From positions 5,051 through 69,050 of the forward strand of contig JADZGF010000003.1 of assembly GCA_020854065.1 (NCBI GenBank): a DNA stretch of 64,000 bases. The letters run 5' to 3'. The stretch comes from Candidatus Nomurabacteria bacterium. Lineage in GTDB: Bacteria; Patescibacteriota; Minisyncoccia; Phycocordibacterales; SBAW01. Both the position numbers and the translations under genes were made by a program. Under the pieces are notes generated by a model, which was not told where the DNA came from, searched no databases, and was given only the letters and a program-made list of their open reading frames with translations. Positions 55,984 through 64,000 of this stretch are shown here, piece by piece; the stretch's first letter is position 1; each line of letters starts with the position of its first letter.

Positions 55984-56710
55984 AAAGGTTCCAACATCGT
56001 CCCACAAACCCAGCAATAGTGTCTTGCTATGTTTACATCCCCAAGGATTTCAAAAAAAACAGCAAGCTCCTTTTTTTCTATAGGGCGATACGCTCCCTCC
56101 TGTAAAGAACCCAACGTGATATTAAGTATCCGCACCCGCTTAAGAGTTGTGACGCTAGCCCCAAACGCACCACACATGCGACGAATCTGATGTTTTTCCC
56201 CTCTGTAAGGATGATAGAGAATGCGCGTTCCCCCCGAATACCTATATGGCACGGCTTGGTGGTATGGTCTCCAATGTTTATGCCGCGCTCCGCTTTCTTT
56301 TTAAAGTCCTTCGGTAATGCATCCAGCGTGGTGACCACGTATTCTTTTTCGTGCTCATTTTTGGGATTTAATAAGGCGTCCGTTATCCGACCATCGTCAG
56401 TAAGGATAATGAGGCCATATGAGTCTTTGTCGAGCCTCCCGATAGGAAACACCCCTTTTAGGGGGAGGATATCCTCAATCGATTTTTCGGTTCCTTGTGG
56501 GGAATGGGTGATGATGCCGCGAGGTTTGTTGTACGCGAAGTAGCGGTGCGTTTTCATGGCCCCTTTTACCTCTACTGCATCTCCATCTGCGACGATAGAC
56601 CCTAATACAGCTGGCACGTTGTTTATATAGACCCGGCCTGCTTCTATAAGCTTATCCGCTTCGCGCCGAGAGGCATATTTATGCATCGCGAGATATTTGT
56701 TGATACGCAT
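55980..56710 (-). pseudogene. 16S/23S rRNA pseudouridine synthase (RsuA/RluB family) interrupted by a -1 frameshift
   Basis: S4 domain (MRINKYLAMHKYASRREADKLIEAGRVYINN) and catalytic GRLDKDSYGLIILTDDG in one frame; HQIRRMC...YRPIEKKEL C-terminus in the other; the frames join at the GGGGAAAAAC tract (plus 56192-56201). Confidence 0.7.
55987..56014. repeat. 28-bp direct repeat copy 1 (GGTTCCAACATCGTCCCACAAACCCAGC)
   Basis: 26/28 identical to the copy at 56790-56817. Confidence 0.8.
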
Positions 56711-56789
56711 TGCCCTAGATATACCATAGAGATGCATTGGTGTTCAGTTTGGAGGGTTAGGCGTAAAGCTCTTTTTCTTTTACTACAAT

Positions 56790-56817
56790 GGTTCCAACAT
56801 CGTCCCATACACCCAGC
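56790..56817. repeat. 28-bp direct repeat copy 2 (GGTTCCAACATCGTCCCATACACCCAGC)
   Basis: Flanks the frameshifted pseudouridine synthase gene on the other side. Confidence 0.8.
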
Positions 56818-56849
56818 TCGTTTTTTTTGCCTACTATACTTAAAGAGCT

Positions 56850-57263
56850 TTGATAAAAGACATCTACTTCTTTTTTGTAACCTTGCCGGATCGGCTATAC
56901 CCTTTTTCCTGTGAGATTGAAGGGACGCTTGTAAGAGGTCGTCGCTCATACGAACAGGCGGTCGAGCGCGCACTGAAGACCTACGGGTTAAACCGACTGG
57001 GGTACAAACTCATGCTGTATCGCGAGTTTTTTCACTTTGTAGGGTCGGTCATATTTATTATCGTAGCGACACTACTGTCAAAAATATATTTTGGCAGCGA
57101 CGCCGCACTATACGTATTGCTCGGTGCTGCGGTTGTGGCGCTCTTTTTTCAGGAGTTTTATTTGCATCCAAAGTTGTACGGGCAGCATTTTAAAAAAGGA
57201 GTTACCGACTTCTTTGTCTGGCTAGCACCCATGGCCTCATACTTCTTTTTGTTTAATAAATAG
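56850..57263 (+). CDS. Hypothetical membrane protein
   Basis: Three predicted TM helices. Confidence 0.4.
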   Translation: MIKDIYFFFVTLPDRLYPFSCEIEGTLVRGRRSYEQAVERALKTYGLNRLGYKLMLYREFFHFVGSVIFIIVATLLSKIYFGSDAALYVLLGAAVVALFFQEFYLHPKLYGQHFKKGVTDFFVWLAPMASYFFLFNK

Positions 57264-57308
57264 ACATATGAAGCCTATGCTACGATTTAAATATTATTCA
57301 TTACTTTT

Positions 57309-57698
57309 ATGCATATGGATCTCACCACAATGCTCGCGCAGGTTTGGGGACCAATATTAGTAGCGGTCGGTCTTGGTTTTTTCTTTAGTACCAAGTACTA
57401 CGTCAAAATCTACCGCGATCTTGAAAAAGAATCATTCGCAGTCCTGTTCTTTGGCATGTTTGCCATGGCAATAGGTATTGTGCACGTACTTGCACACAAT
57501 ATCTGGGGAACTTCTTCACAGATTCTTGTGAGCTTTCTTGGATGGGGAGTACTTCTCAAAGGTATTATCTGTGTCACGTTCCCCGCGCTTGCAGATCGCG
57601 GTGGCGATTGGGCACTTAGTGCCAGAGTTGTCCCCGCTGCAGGCGGTGTTGCACTGCTCCTTGGCGCATACCTCACGTACATAGGTTACTTGGTGTAA
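57309..57698 (+). CDS. Hypothetical membrane protein
   Basis: Four predicted TM helices. Confidence 0.45.
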   Translation: MHMDLTTMLAQVWGPILVAVGLGFFFSTKYYVKIYRDLEKESFAVLFFGMFAMAIGIVHVLAHNIWGTSSQILVSFLGWGVLLKGIICVTFPALADRGGDWALSARVVPAAGGVALLLGAYLTYIGYLV

Positions 57699-57834
57699 AT
57701 AGAGTTTTCCGCTCTACACATAGGACCACATGGAGGGGGCTTACATTAAAAAATAAGATGTGGCATACTAGGGGGGTCTAAGAGACTAAAGAAAAGGGTC
57801 GGTTTTCTCAAGAGAAAAAATACAAACAAACAAT

Positions 57835-58032
57835 ATGACAGGAATCATCAAGACCAAAACGGATAAGGGGTTCGGATTCATCTCTCGCGAAGGCGAGGCG
57901 AAGGATTTGTTCTTCCACTCCAAGAACCTTAATGGCGTCACGTTCGATGAGCTTAGAGAGGGCGACACCGTCTCCTTTGAGGTCGAGCAGGGCGACAAAG
58001 GCCCAAGCGCTGTTAACGTAACACGCGCCTAA
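57835..58032 (+). CDS. Cold-shock protein (CspA family)
   Basis: RNP motifs GIIKTKTDKGFGFISREGEAKDLFFHSK. Confidence 0.9.
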   Translation: MTGIIKTKTDKGFGFISREGEAKDLFFHSKNLNGVTFDELREGDTVSFEVEQGDKGPSAVNVTRA

Positions 58033-58049
58033 GCAATTTTGGCACCAAT

Positions 58050-58080
58050 AAAAGCCCCTCGGTGAGGGGTTTTTATTTTT
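58050..58080 (+). terminator. Rho-independent terminator after the csp gene
   Basis: AAAAGCCCCTC-GGTG-AGGGGTTTTTATTTTT. Confidence 0.75.
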
Positions 58081-58143
58081 GCCCTATCCACTACAATCTT
58101 GGGGGTCTTTTCATTTTCTTAAATTAATGTTACAATTATTCTA

Positions 58144-58488
58144 ATGAAAGATTTTAAAAAGAGCTTTTCAAAAGGCCCCAAGCGCACGTTTGGTAAGCCG
58201 GGTTTTAGAAGCGCACCAAAACGCGATGGGTTTTCTCCTACGGAACTTTTTGATGCGACCTGCGCACAGTGCCAGAAGTCATGCCAAGTTCCTTTCCGTC
58301 CGAACGGTAAAAAGCCGGTCCTTTGTAAAGATTGTTTTTCTAGCGGTCGACCAGACGCTCCTCAGTCTCGTACAGCCACACGTTCCTATGCAGACGAAAA
58401 ACCATCAGGCGATCTCCATGCGCAAGTAGCACTTATCAACGCAAAACTCGATACGCTCACACGGATGGTTAAGGGCCTTGCCGAGTAG
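58144..58488 (+). CDS. Hypothetical basic protein with CxxC-x17-CxxC zinc ribbon
   Basis: CAQCQKSCQVPFRPNGKKPVLCKDCF; basic N-terminus; helical C-terminus. Confidence 0.45.
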   Translation: MKDFKKSFSKGPKRTFGKPGFRSAPKRDGFSPTELFDATCAQCQKSCQVPFRPNGKKPVLCKDCFSSGRPDAPQSRTATRSYADEKPSGDLHAQVALINAKLDTLTRMVKGLAE

Positions 58489-59956
58489 CTCCATGACCAT
58501 GCAGCAGCGCGGCGAGGTCATAGTACGGTTCGAAGGCGTGTCCTTCGACTTTGGAATAAAAAAGCCCATCCTTGATGAGGTTACTTTTTCGCTGCGCCGT
58601 AAATCTAAGATAACGCTCATGGGCCAGAACGGTGCAGGGAAGAGCACCATCTTCGGTCTTCTTACCGGACTGCACGAACCGACCGATGGCACGATACAAA
58701 AAGCACACGGTCTCACGATCGCAACCGCACGACAGGTTATCCCGCGCGAAGATATGGAGCTCACCGTACGAGACTTCTTCCAAAAAGTGTTTGCGAAGAA
58801 GGTATACGATATTGATCCAAGAATCGAAAAGATCCTTGAGGTGGTAAACCTCACGGCGCCACTTGAGCGTCTCATAGGATCATTTTCTGGAGGGCAGCAG
58901 GCACGGCTTTTATTGGCGCAAGCTCTTATCCAAGATCCAGACCTTCTCTTGCTCGACGAGCCAACCAACAATCTTGATAAAGAAGGAATTGAACATCTCA
59001 CCAAATTCCTTATCGAGTATAAAAAGACCGTTATCGTCATTTCCCACGACGCAGACTTCCTGAACTCATTTACCCACGGCGTCCTCTACCTTGATGTGCA
59101 TACCCGCAAGATCGAGCAGTATGTGGGCGACTACTTTGATGTAGTAAAAGAGATAGCGGTACGTATTGAGAAAGAAAACCGCAAAAACGCATTGCTTGCG
59201 AAAGAGATACAAGAAAATAAAGATAAGTCGAACTTTTTCGCCAACAAAGGTGGCCAGATGCGTATGGTGGCGAAGCGCATGCGCGAGAAAGCAGCAGAAC
59301 TCGAGGAATCAAAAGTAGACGTACGGAAAGAGGATAAAACAATCCGCTCGTTCAGGATTCCGTTTCAAGAGGGGCCAAGCGGCATCATACTCGAACTTTC
59401 GTCACTCTCAGTAATACGAGGCGGTAAGGCGGTAACGCGAAAGATAAAAATAGACATGCGCCGTGCACACCACCTGCTTCTTAAAGGTCCTAATGGTATT
59501 GGAAAAAGTACACTCTTGCAGTCTCTTGCTGATGGTACGGCCAAAGGAGCCACGCTCCAGCCAGATGTCCGCATAGGGTACTATCGCCAAGACTTTTCTA
59601 ACCTCGATTTTAATAAGTCGGTATACGAAGAACTTGCTGCTGCGTCTGTTGAGCGCCCTACCGAAGAGAGTCTACGTAAAGTTGCATCAGGTTTCTTTTT
59701 AAGCGGAGAGATATTCCACTCTAAAATTGGAACACTCTCTGAAGGTCAAAAAGGTCTTGTTGCGTTTGCACGGTTGACCTTGCTTAAACCTGGTCTGCTT
59801 ATCCTCGATGAACCGACCAACCATATTAACTTCCGTCACCTGCCGGTGATTGCCGAAGCGCTCAGTGCGTTCGAAGGACCAATGATTTTGGTGAGCCACG
59901 TACCTGACTTTGTTGCACAAATTCGTATCGACGAAGTGCTCGATCTAGAGAAGTAA
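58478..59956 (+). CDS. ABC-F family ATPase (tandem ABC domains, no TM domain)
   Basis: Two sets of Walker A / signature / Walker B (GQNGAGKST...LSGGQQAR...LLLDEPT; GPNGIGKST...LSEGQKG...LILDEPT) with an inter-domain linker. Confidence 0.85.
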   Translation: MPSSSMTMQQRGEVIVRFEGVSFDFGIKKPILDEVTFSLRRKSKITLMGQNGAGKSTIFGLLTGLHEPTDGTIQKAHGLTIATARQVIPREDMELTVRDFFQKVFAKKVYDIDPRIEKILEVVNLTAPLERLIGSFSGGQQARLLLAQALIQDPDLLLLDEPTNNLDKEGIEHLTKFLIEYKKTVIVISHDADFLNSFTHGVLYLDVHTRKIEQYVGDYFDVVKEIAVRIEKENRKNALLAKEIQENKDKSNFFANKGGQMRMVAKRMREKAAELEESKVDVRKEDKTIRSFRIPFQEGPSGIILELSSLSVIRGGKAVTRKIKIDMRRAHHLLLKGPNGIGKSTLLQSLADGTAKGATLQPDVRIGYYRQDFSNLDFNKSVYEELAAASVERPTEESLRKVASGFFLSGEIFHSKIGTLSEGQKGLVAFARLTLLKPGLLILDEPTNHINFRHLPVIAEALSAFEGPMILVSHVPDFVAQIRIDEVLDLEK

Positions 59957-59962
59957 AACACT

Positions 59963-61213
59963 ATGGCAACGAACCCCTATGACGTAGTAGTGGTAGGAGG
60001 CGGGCCTGCTGGCATGATGGCAGCAGGTAAGGCAGCGGCGCTTGGGAAGCGTGTGCTCCTGCTGGAGAAAAATAATCGTCTGGGAAAAAAGCTCCGTATC
60101 TCAGGCGGAGGCCGCTGCAATATAACCAACGCAGAGGAAGATGAGCGTGTGTTGCTGCGTGCCTATGGCAAGGCCGAACAATTTTTATATTCGATTTTTA
60201 GCCAGTTCGGTAACAAAGACACGTTTTCTTTCTTTGAATCGCTCAATTTGCCACTGGTCGTACAAGCACGCAAACGTGCATTTCCCACTACTGAACGTGC
60301 GCCGGATGTGGTACGTGCACTGGAGCAATACTTAGCCAAAGGAGGTGTAACGGTCCTTACTGGTACACCGGCAACAAAAGTTGTTGCAGGTCCTGATGGT
60401 ATTGAAGGAGTTGTCTGCGGCACCGAGCGCTACAGTGGTTCATACTATATTTTTGCCACCGGCAGCATTTCTCATCCGGAGACTGGTTCGACTGGAGATG
60501 GGTTTGGCTGGCTGCGCTCACTCGGCCACAGTGTTGTTGCTCCTACACCAACCATTGTGCCGCTAAAGAGTAAAGACAAGTGGCCAGCGCTCCTGCCAGG
60601 TACGACACTTTCAAACATGAAAATAACTTTTTTCACGGAAGGGAAGAAGGCGTTTTCAAAAACAGGAGCACTATTATTTACTCATTTTGGTATCTCCGGT
60701 CCTGTGGTGCTTAACTGCGCTGGCATGGTTTCTGACCTGCTCTATGAAGGTGTGGTTACAGCACAGATCGATACCTCACCGACTGAGGATATCGGAGCGT
60801 TGGACAAGCGACTTCTTGCAGCGTTTGATGCACACAAAAACAAAGCATTAAAAAATATGCTGAAAGAAGTCGTTGAGCCGGGTGCAGCAAAAGCAGCGCT
60901 GGTATTAATGGATCAAGATTTGGCAGGAAAAAAAGTACACTCTATTACGAAAGAAGAGCGTATGTCTTTGGCCAAACTCTTGAAAGCCCTCCCGCTTACT
61001 ATCGAAGGGTTAATGGGTTTTGACCGTGCGGTGGTGGCAGACGGCGGCGTACCGCTCGACGAGGTAGATATGCGCACGATGCGATCAAAAAAAGTACCAA
61101 ACCTCTCCATAATAGGAGACCTACTCCATATCACCCGACCATCAGGAGGCTACAGCCTACAGCTGTGTTGGTCTACCGGCTTTGTGGCAGGTGCCCATAC
61201 CGAATTTGAGTAA
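59963..61213 (+). CDS. HI0933/BaiN-family FAD-dependent flavoprotein
   Basis: YDVVVVGGGPAGMMAAGKAA...ISGGGRCNITN. Confidence 0.8.
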   Translation: MATNPYDVVVVGGGPAGMMAAGKAAALGKRVLLLEKNNRLGKKLRISGGGRCNITNAEEDERVLLRAYGKAEQFLYSIFSQFGNKDTFSFFESLNLPLVVQARKRAFPTTERAPDVVRALEQYLAKGGVTVLTGTPATKVVAGPDGIEGVVCGTERYSGSYYIFATGSISHPETGSTGDGFGWLRSLGHSVVAPTPTIVPLKSKDKWPALLPGTTLSNMKITFFTEGKKAFSKTGALLFTHFGISGPVVLNCAGMVSDLLYEGVVTAQIDTSPTEDIGALDKRLLAAFDAHKNKALKNMLKEVVEPGAAKAALVLMDQDLAGKKVHSITKEERMSLAKLLKALPLTIEGLMGFDRAVVADGGVPLDEVDMRTMRSKKVPNLSIIGDLLHITRPSGGYSLQLCWSTGFVAGAHTEFE

Positions 61214-61232
61214 TTTGCTATACTGAACGTAT

Positions 61233-61571
61233 ATGAAATTTTTTGTCACATACCAAATGCCGCACGCAGGGCTCGATGATTGGATGAAGCTTTCTGAAGC
61301 AGAGAGAAAGTCGCAGGAGCAAGAGATGCAGACACAGTGGAATACCTGGATGGCTGCCCATGCCAGTGTGATAACTGAAACTGCGGGGGTTGGAAAACCA
61401 AAACGTATTACGAAAGAGGGAATTGCTGACTCGCGTAACGATATTATGATGTACTCCTTTATCGAGGCAGAGTCGCTTGATGCAGCTGTGGAAATCTTTA
61501 AGGATCATCCGCACTTTGGTATCCCGGGGAGTTGGATAGAAGTAATGCCGGTCAATAAAGACATAGGGTAA
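61233..61571 (+). CDS. Hypothetical protein
   Basis: 112-aa ORF; no confident domain. Confidence 0.4.
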   Translation: MKFFVTYQMPHAGLDDWMKLSEAERKSQEQEMQTQWNTWMAAHASVITETAGVGKPKRITKEGIADSRNDIMMYSFIEAESLDAAVEIFKDHPHFGIPGSWIEVMPVNKDIG

Positions 61572-61585
61572 TCTCGCACACCATC

Positions 61586-61927
61586 ATGCGCGTGTGGGAT
61601 ATACACCCCAAACATTTGTGTCGCAAGCATTTGCTGGGCGAGCATCGTGAACTGCACGGATTGTGGAATATCCTCACCAAACACAAAGGTAAGGGTGGCT
61701 ACGCACATCACCCCGAAACAAAGCGATGGGTGGGGAAGAATAAAGCGCTCTACCTTCGACACGAAAAACTCGTGCAAGAGATGACTCGTCGCGGCTATGA
61801 GCATCGCTCACCGCTTAATAAAAAGTGGGCCACAGGGAGTGGTAGCCAGCGTATGTTTATAGATTCAGTTCCTAACCAGCGCGTACTGCTGACCGCAAAA
61901 CCGTGCGAGTGCCTTTTGCTACAATAA
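61586..61927 (+). CDS. Pyrimidine dimer DNA glycosylase (T4 endonuclease V / DenV-like)
   Basis: N-terminal MRVWDIHPKHLCRKHLLGEHRELHGLW matches the Pyr_excise family N-terminus. Confidence 0.65.
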   Translation: MRVWDIHPKHLCRKHLLGEHRELHGLWNILTKHKGKGGYAHHPETKRWVGKNKALYLRHEKLVQEMTRRGYEHRSPLNKKWATGSGSQRMFIDSVPNQRVLLTAKPCECLLLQ

Positions 61928-61931
61928 GGAC

Positions 61932-62216
61932 ATGCATACTCTACCGGCAGACTTTAAGGCAGCGATTGCTTCAAACAAAGCGGTACAAACACTCTGGGAT
62001 GATATTACGCCCCTAGCGCGCAATGAGTGGATTTGTTGGGTTATATCCGGCAAGAAAGCGGAGACCAGAGGTGTTCGGATTGAAAAGGCAATCTCAAAAA
62101 TGAAGGGTGGTATGCGTCGACCATGCTGTTGGATAGGGTGCATACACCGCACTGATAAAAAAATAAGCCCATCGGTACAATGGGCACTTGGTAAAAAAGC
62201 GAAATCAGCTCGGTAA
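61932..62216 (+). CDS. YdeI/OmpD-associated family protein
   Basis: LWDDITPLARNEWICWVISGKKAETRGVRIEKAISKMKGG pattern. Confidence 0.5.
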   Translation: MHTLPADFKAAIASNKAVQTLWDDITPLARNEWICWVISGKKAETRGVRIEKAISKMKGGMRRPCCWIGCIHRTDKKISPSVQWALGKKAKSAR

Positions 62217-62246
62217 CCTTTGTGTATGAGTTGAGTTTATAAGAGT

Positions 62247-62555
62247 ATGACTTTATTGCAGAACAACGTGGTGCGTATTGCGCTTAGTACTATTGGTATT
62301 TTACTTATTCCTTTAACATTGACGCTCCTGAATCCAGGTGCGCACGTAAATGGCGGCGCCGGCGGTGGCTGGGACTGGTCGCCGAGTGACTTTGTACTTA
62401 TGGGCGCCATGATATTTGGTACCGGCCTTCTTCTCAGTTATGCACTCCGCAATGGGGGCAAAAACCGCTTCATTATCGCTGGAGTAATTGTGTTTTTGTT
62501 CTTGTGGCTCTGGGTTGAATTGGCTGTGGGGCTTTTCACTAACTGGGGAAGTTAA
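62247..62555 (+). CDS. Hypothetical membrane protein
   Basis: Three predicted TM helices. Confidence 0.4.
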   Translation: MTLLQNNVVRIALSTIGILLIPLTLTLLNPGAHVNGGAGGGWDWSPSDFVLMGAMIFGTGLLLSYALRNGGKNRFIIAGVIVFLFLWLWVELAVGLFTNWGS

Positions 62556-62560
62556 GAGTA

Positions 62561-62971
62561 GTGAGGGGATATACTATTCGTATGTTTCGGATATTTGGAG
62601 CGGCTATAGTATTTATTGCGGTCATAGGGACAGGTGTGCTCTATGTTGTCCAACGTGCACCTGATGAGGCTGCAGGACTCACCATGCAAGAGTTGGAGGT
62701 ATACCAAGTAAAAGCAAAAGACCTTAATGAGCGCAACGACTACTCGCTGGTTGGCATGAGCACAAAATATGCTGAAGAAATAGGTCTCTACAATGGCAGA
62801 ATCGTCGAGTTCGCATTTACCTGCTGGGGCGATGTGTGTCCTGATAATGGAGCGTACTATATTCGGTATAAGGATGTACCTAAAGAAAGTTGTGTAGCCC
62901 TGGGCGGACATATGGTCGAAGGCTATAGCGGCTGGGGGCGCATGACCTATGGTGGGTGTAGTCCCATTTAA
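62561..62971 (+). CDS. Hypothetical membrane-anchored protein
   Basis: N-terminal TM; Cys-containing soluble domain. Confidence 0.4.
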   Translation: MRGYTIRMFRIFGAAIVFIAVIGTGVLYVVQRAPDEAAGLTMQELEVYQVKAKDLNERNDYSLVGMSTKYAEEIGLYNGRIVEFAFTCWGDVCPDNGAYYIRYKDVPKESCVALGGHMVEGYSGWGRMTYGGCSPI

Positions 62972-63014
62972 ATAGACCCTGACTTTAAAAAGTTCCGTTA
63001 TAATAAGGGGTATA

Positions 63015-64000
63015 TGACTGCGACACATACTACGCGCGTTTCTTTTATTGGTGCATTGCTTTTGGTTGCTGCTTTTGTACCTTTTACTACCCATGCAGCA
63101 GTGCAATGTGACTTTACGCGCGCTCTTGAGCTGGGTGTTGAAGGAGAAGATGTTCGCTGCTTGCAGCGCTACTTAAACGACGCTGGCTTTACGGTCTCCT
63201 CAAGCGGTGTAGGTTCACCCGGACACGAGACAAACCAGTTTAAAGACCTTACTCGTAAGGCAGTTGCAGCATGGCAGGCGCACCACAATATCGCTCCCGC
63301 TATTGGCTATTTCGGCCAGGTATCACGCCAAAAATATGCGGAACTCGCAGGAGGTACGGTTGCAGGAGTGAGCACCACCTCGGGTGGTGATTCGGCAGTA
63401 GTCTCTGCACTGAATGCACAAATTGCTACCCTTACCGCTGAAATAGGACGACTGCGCGCAGGTGGAGGAAACGACAACAGCCAAGCACGTGCACAACTTG
63501 CCCGTGCGGTTGAAATGATCGAAGACGCGGATGATCAAATTGGTGACCCTGGTGATAATGCAAACCTTGAAAAGGCACGCAAAGACATTGAAGATGCGCG
63601 TGATGATATTTTCGAAGCTATAAGCGCCTATTTTAGTGGCGACTTTGACGATGCGATCGAAGCGGCTGACAAAGCATACGACAATGCACAAGATGCCTTT
63701 AGTAACGCAGGTGGCGAGTCGTTTGAGGATGAAGTAGAAAACTTGATTGAGGAAGTTGAGGATCTGATAAAAGATGCCGAAGACCGTATTGATGAAGCGA
63801 ATAGAGACGATGAGGATACCGACGAGGCCGAAGATATATTGAAAAATGCTGAGAATACCCTCGAAGATGCAAAAGATGCACTCAAAGATGATAACTATGA
63901 ACGAGCTGAGCAACTTGCCGAAGAGGCCGAAGACTTGGTAGACGATGCAATAGATGCGATTGGCGAGAGCAGTGAGAAAGACGACGCCGAAGATGCGGTA
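63015..64000 (+). CDS. Secreted peptidoglycan-binding-domain protein with long acidic (Asp/Glu/Ala) helical repeat region (3' end outside window)
   Basis: Signal peptide; PG_binding_1-like LQRYLNDAGFTVSSSGVGSPGHETNQFKDLTRKAVAAWQ; DEAED-rich repeats to the window edge; not in the ORF track because no stop occurs within the window. Confidence 0.55.

Noticed and set aside
62552-63913. Minus-strand ORFs 62552..63106 and 63323..63913
   Set aside because: Antisense to plus-strand genes with clear signal peptides and domains. Cys/Lys-rich nonsense translations.
1-64000. rRNA genes, transposases or IS elements, prophage structural genes
   Set aside because: No 16S/23S-like conserved stretches, no DDE/serine/tyrosine recombinase-like ORFs and no capsid, terminase or portal signatures were found by reading the translations.

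Overview
This 64 kb window looks like a compact bacterial chromosome segment, about 50% GC, with the gene style of a reduced-genome lineage such as Candidate Phyla Radiation/Patescibacteria. That lineage call is inference only. The evidence is short forms of IF-2, DnaX and YbeY, many small secreted or membrane hypothetical proteins, and tRNA genes mostly lacking an encoded CCA.

Recognisable housekeeping genes run in order across the window. They are trxB, ftsZ-ftsA, ybeY, rpsU, a HisRS-like gene, lepB, pth, rpsA, gyrA, infB-rbfA, a cysteine desulfurase, clpB, rpmG, miaA, parB, relA/spoT, topA, a MacAB-like ABC efflux operon, dprA, serS, ftsQ, dus, dnaX, a cold-shock protein, an ABC-F ATPase and a DenV-like pyrimidine-dimer glycosylase.

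There are nine tRNA genes: Leu-TAG, Lys-CTT, Leu-TAA, Cys-GCA, Tyr-GTA, Trp-CCA, Leu-CAA and Gln-TTG, plus a third Leu isoacceptor counted above. No rRNA, CRISPR array or transposase was found.

Several accessory or atypical regions stand out:
- A roughly 680 bp high-GC islet (8.86-9.54 kb) carries two GC3-rich small ORFs, each with its own RBS and terminator, and a perfect palindrome over the predicted promoter.
- An AT-rich block just downstream of gyrA (13.0-15.3 kb) encodes a zinc-ribbon/DUF4145 (HEPN-like) protein, an ASCH protein, a DUF1653 protein and small membrane proteins.
- A tandem array of four paralogous two-TM pilin-like proteins (20.15-21.62 kb) shares its motif with a large secreted protein (35.7-37.4 kb) that has a C-terminal lytic-transglycosylase domain.
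- An AT-rich LAGLIDADG homing-endonuclease gene sits in a tRNA cluster, and its reading frame runs through the tRNA-Cys gene.
- Next to tRNA-Gln is an AT-rich HExxH protein gene followed by a pseudouridine synthase gene that is frameshifted in a G4A5C homopolymer and flanked by 28-bp direct repeats.
- An OmpR-family response regulator has a degenerate receiver domain, with Glu at the phospho-acceptor position.

Start codons in the supplied ORF track may be GTG/TTG. Several starts were re-set here to internal ATGs that have a Shine-Dalgarno sequence or lie next to a neighbouring gene.
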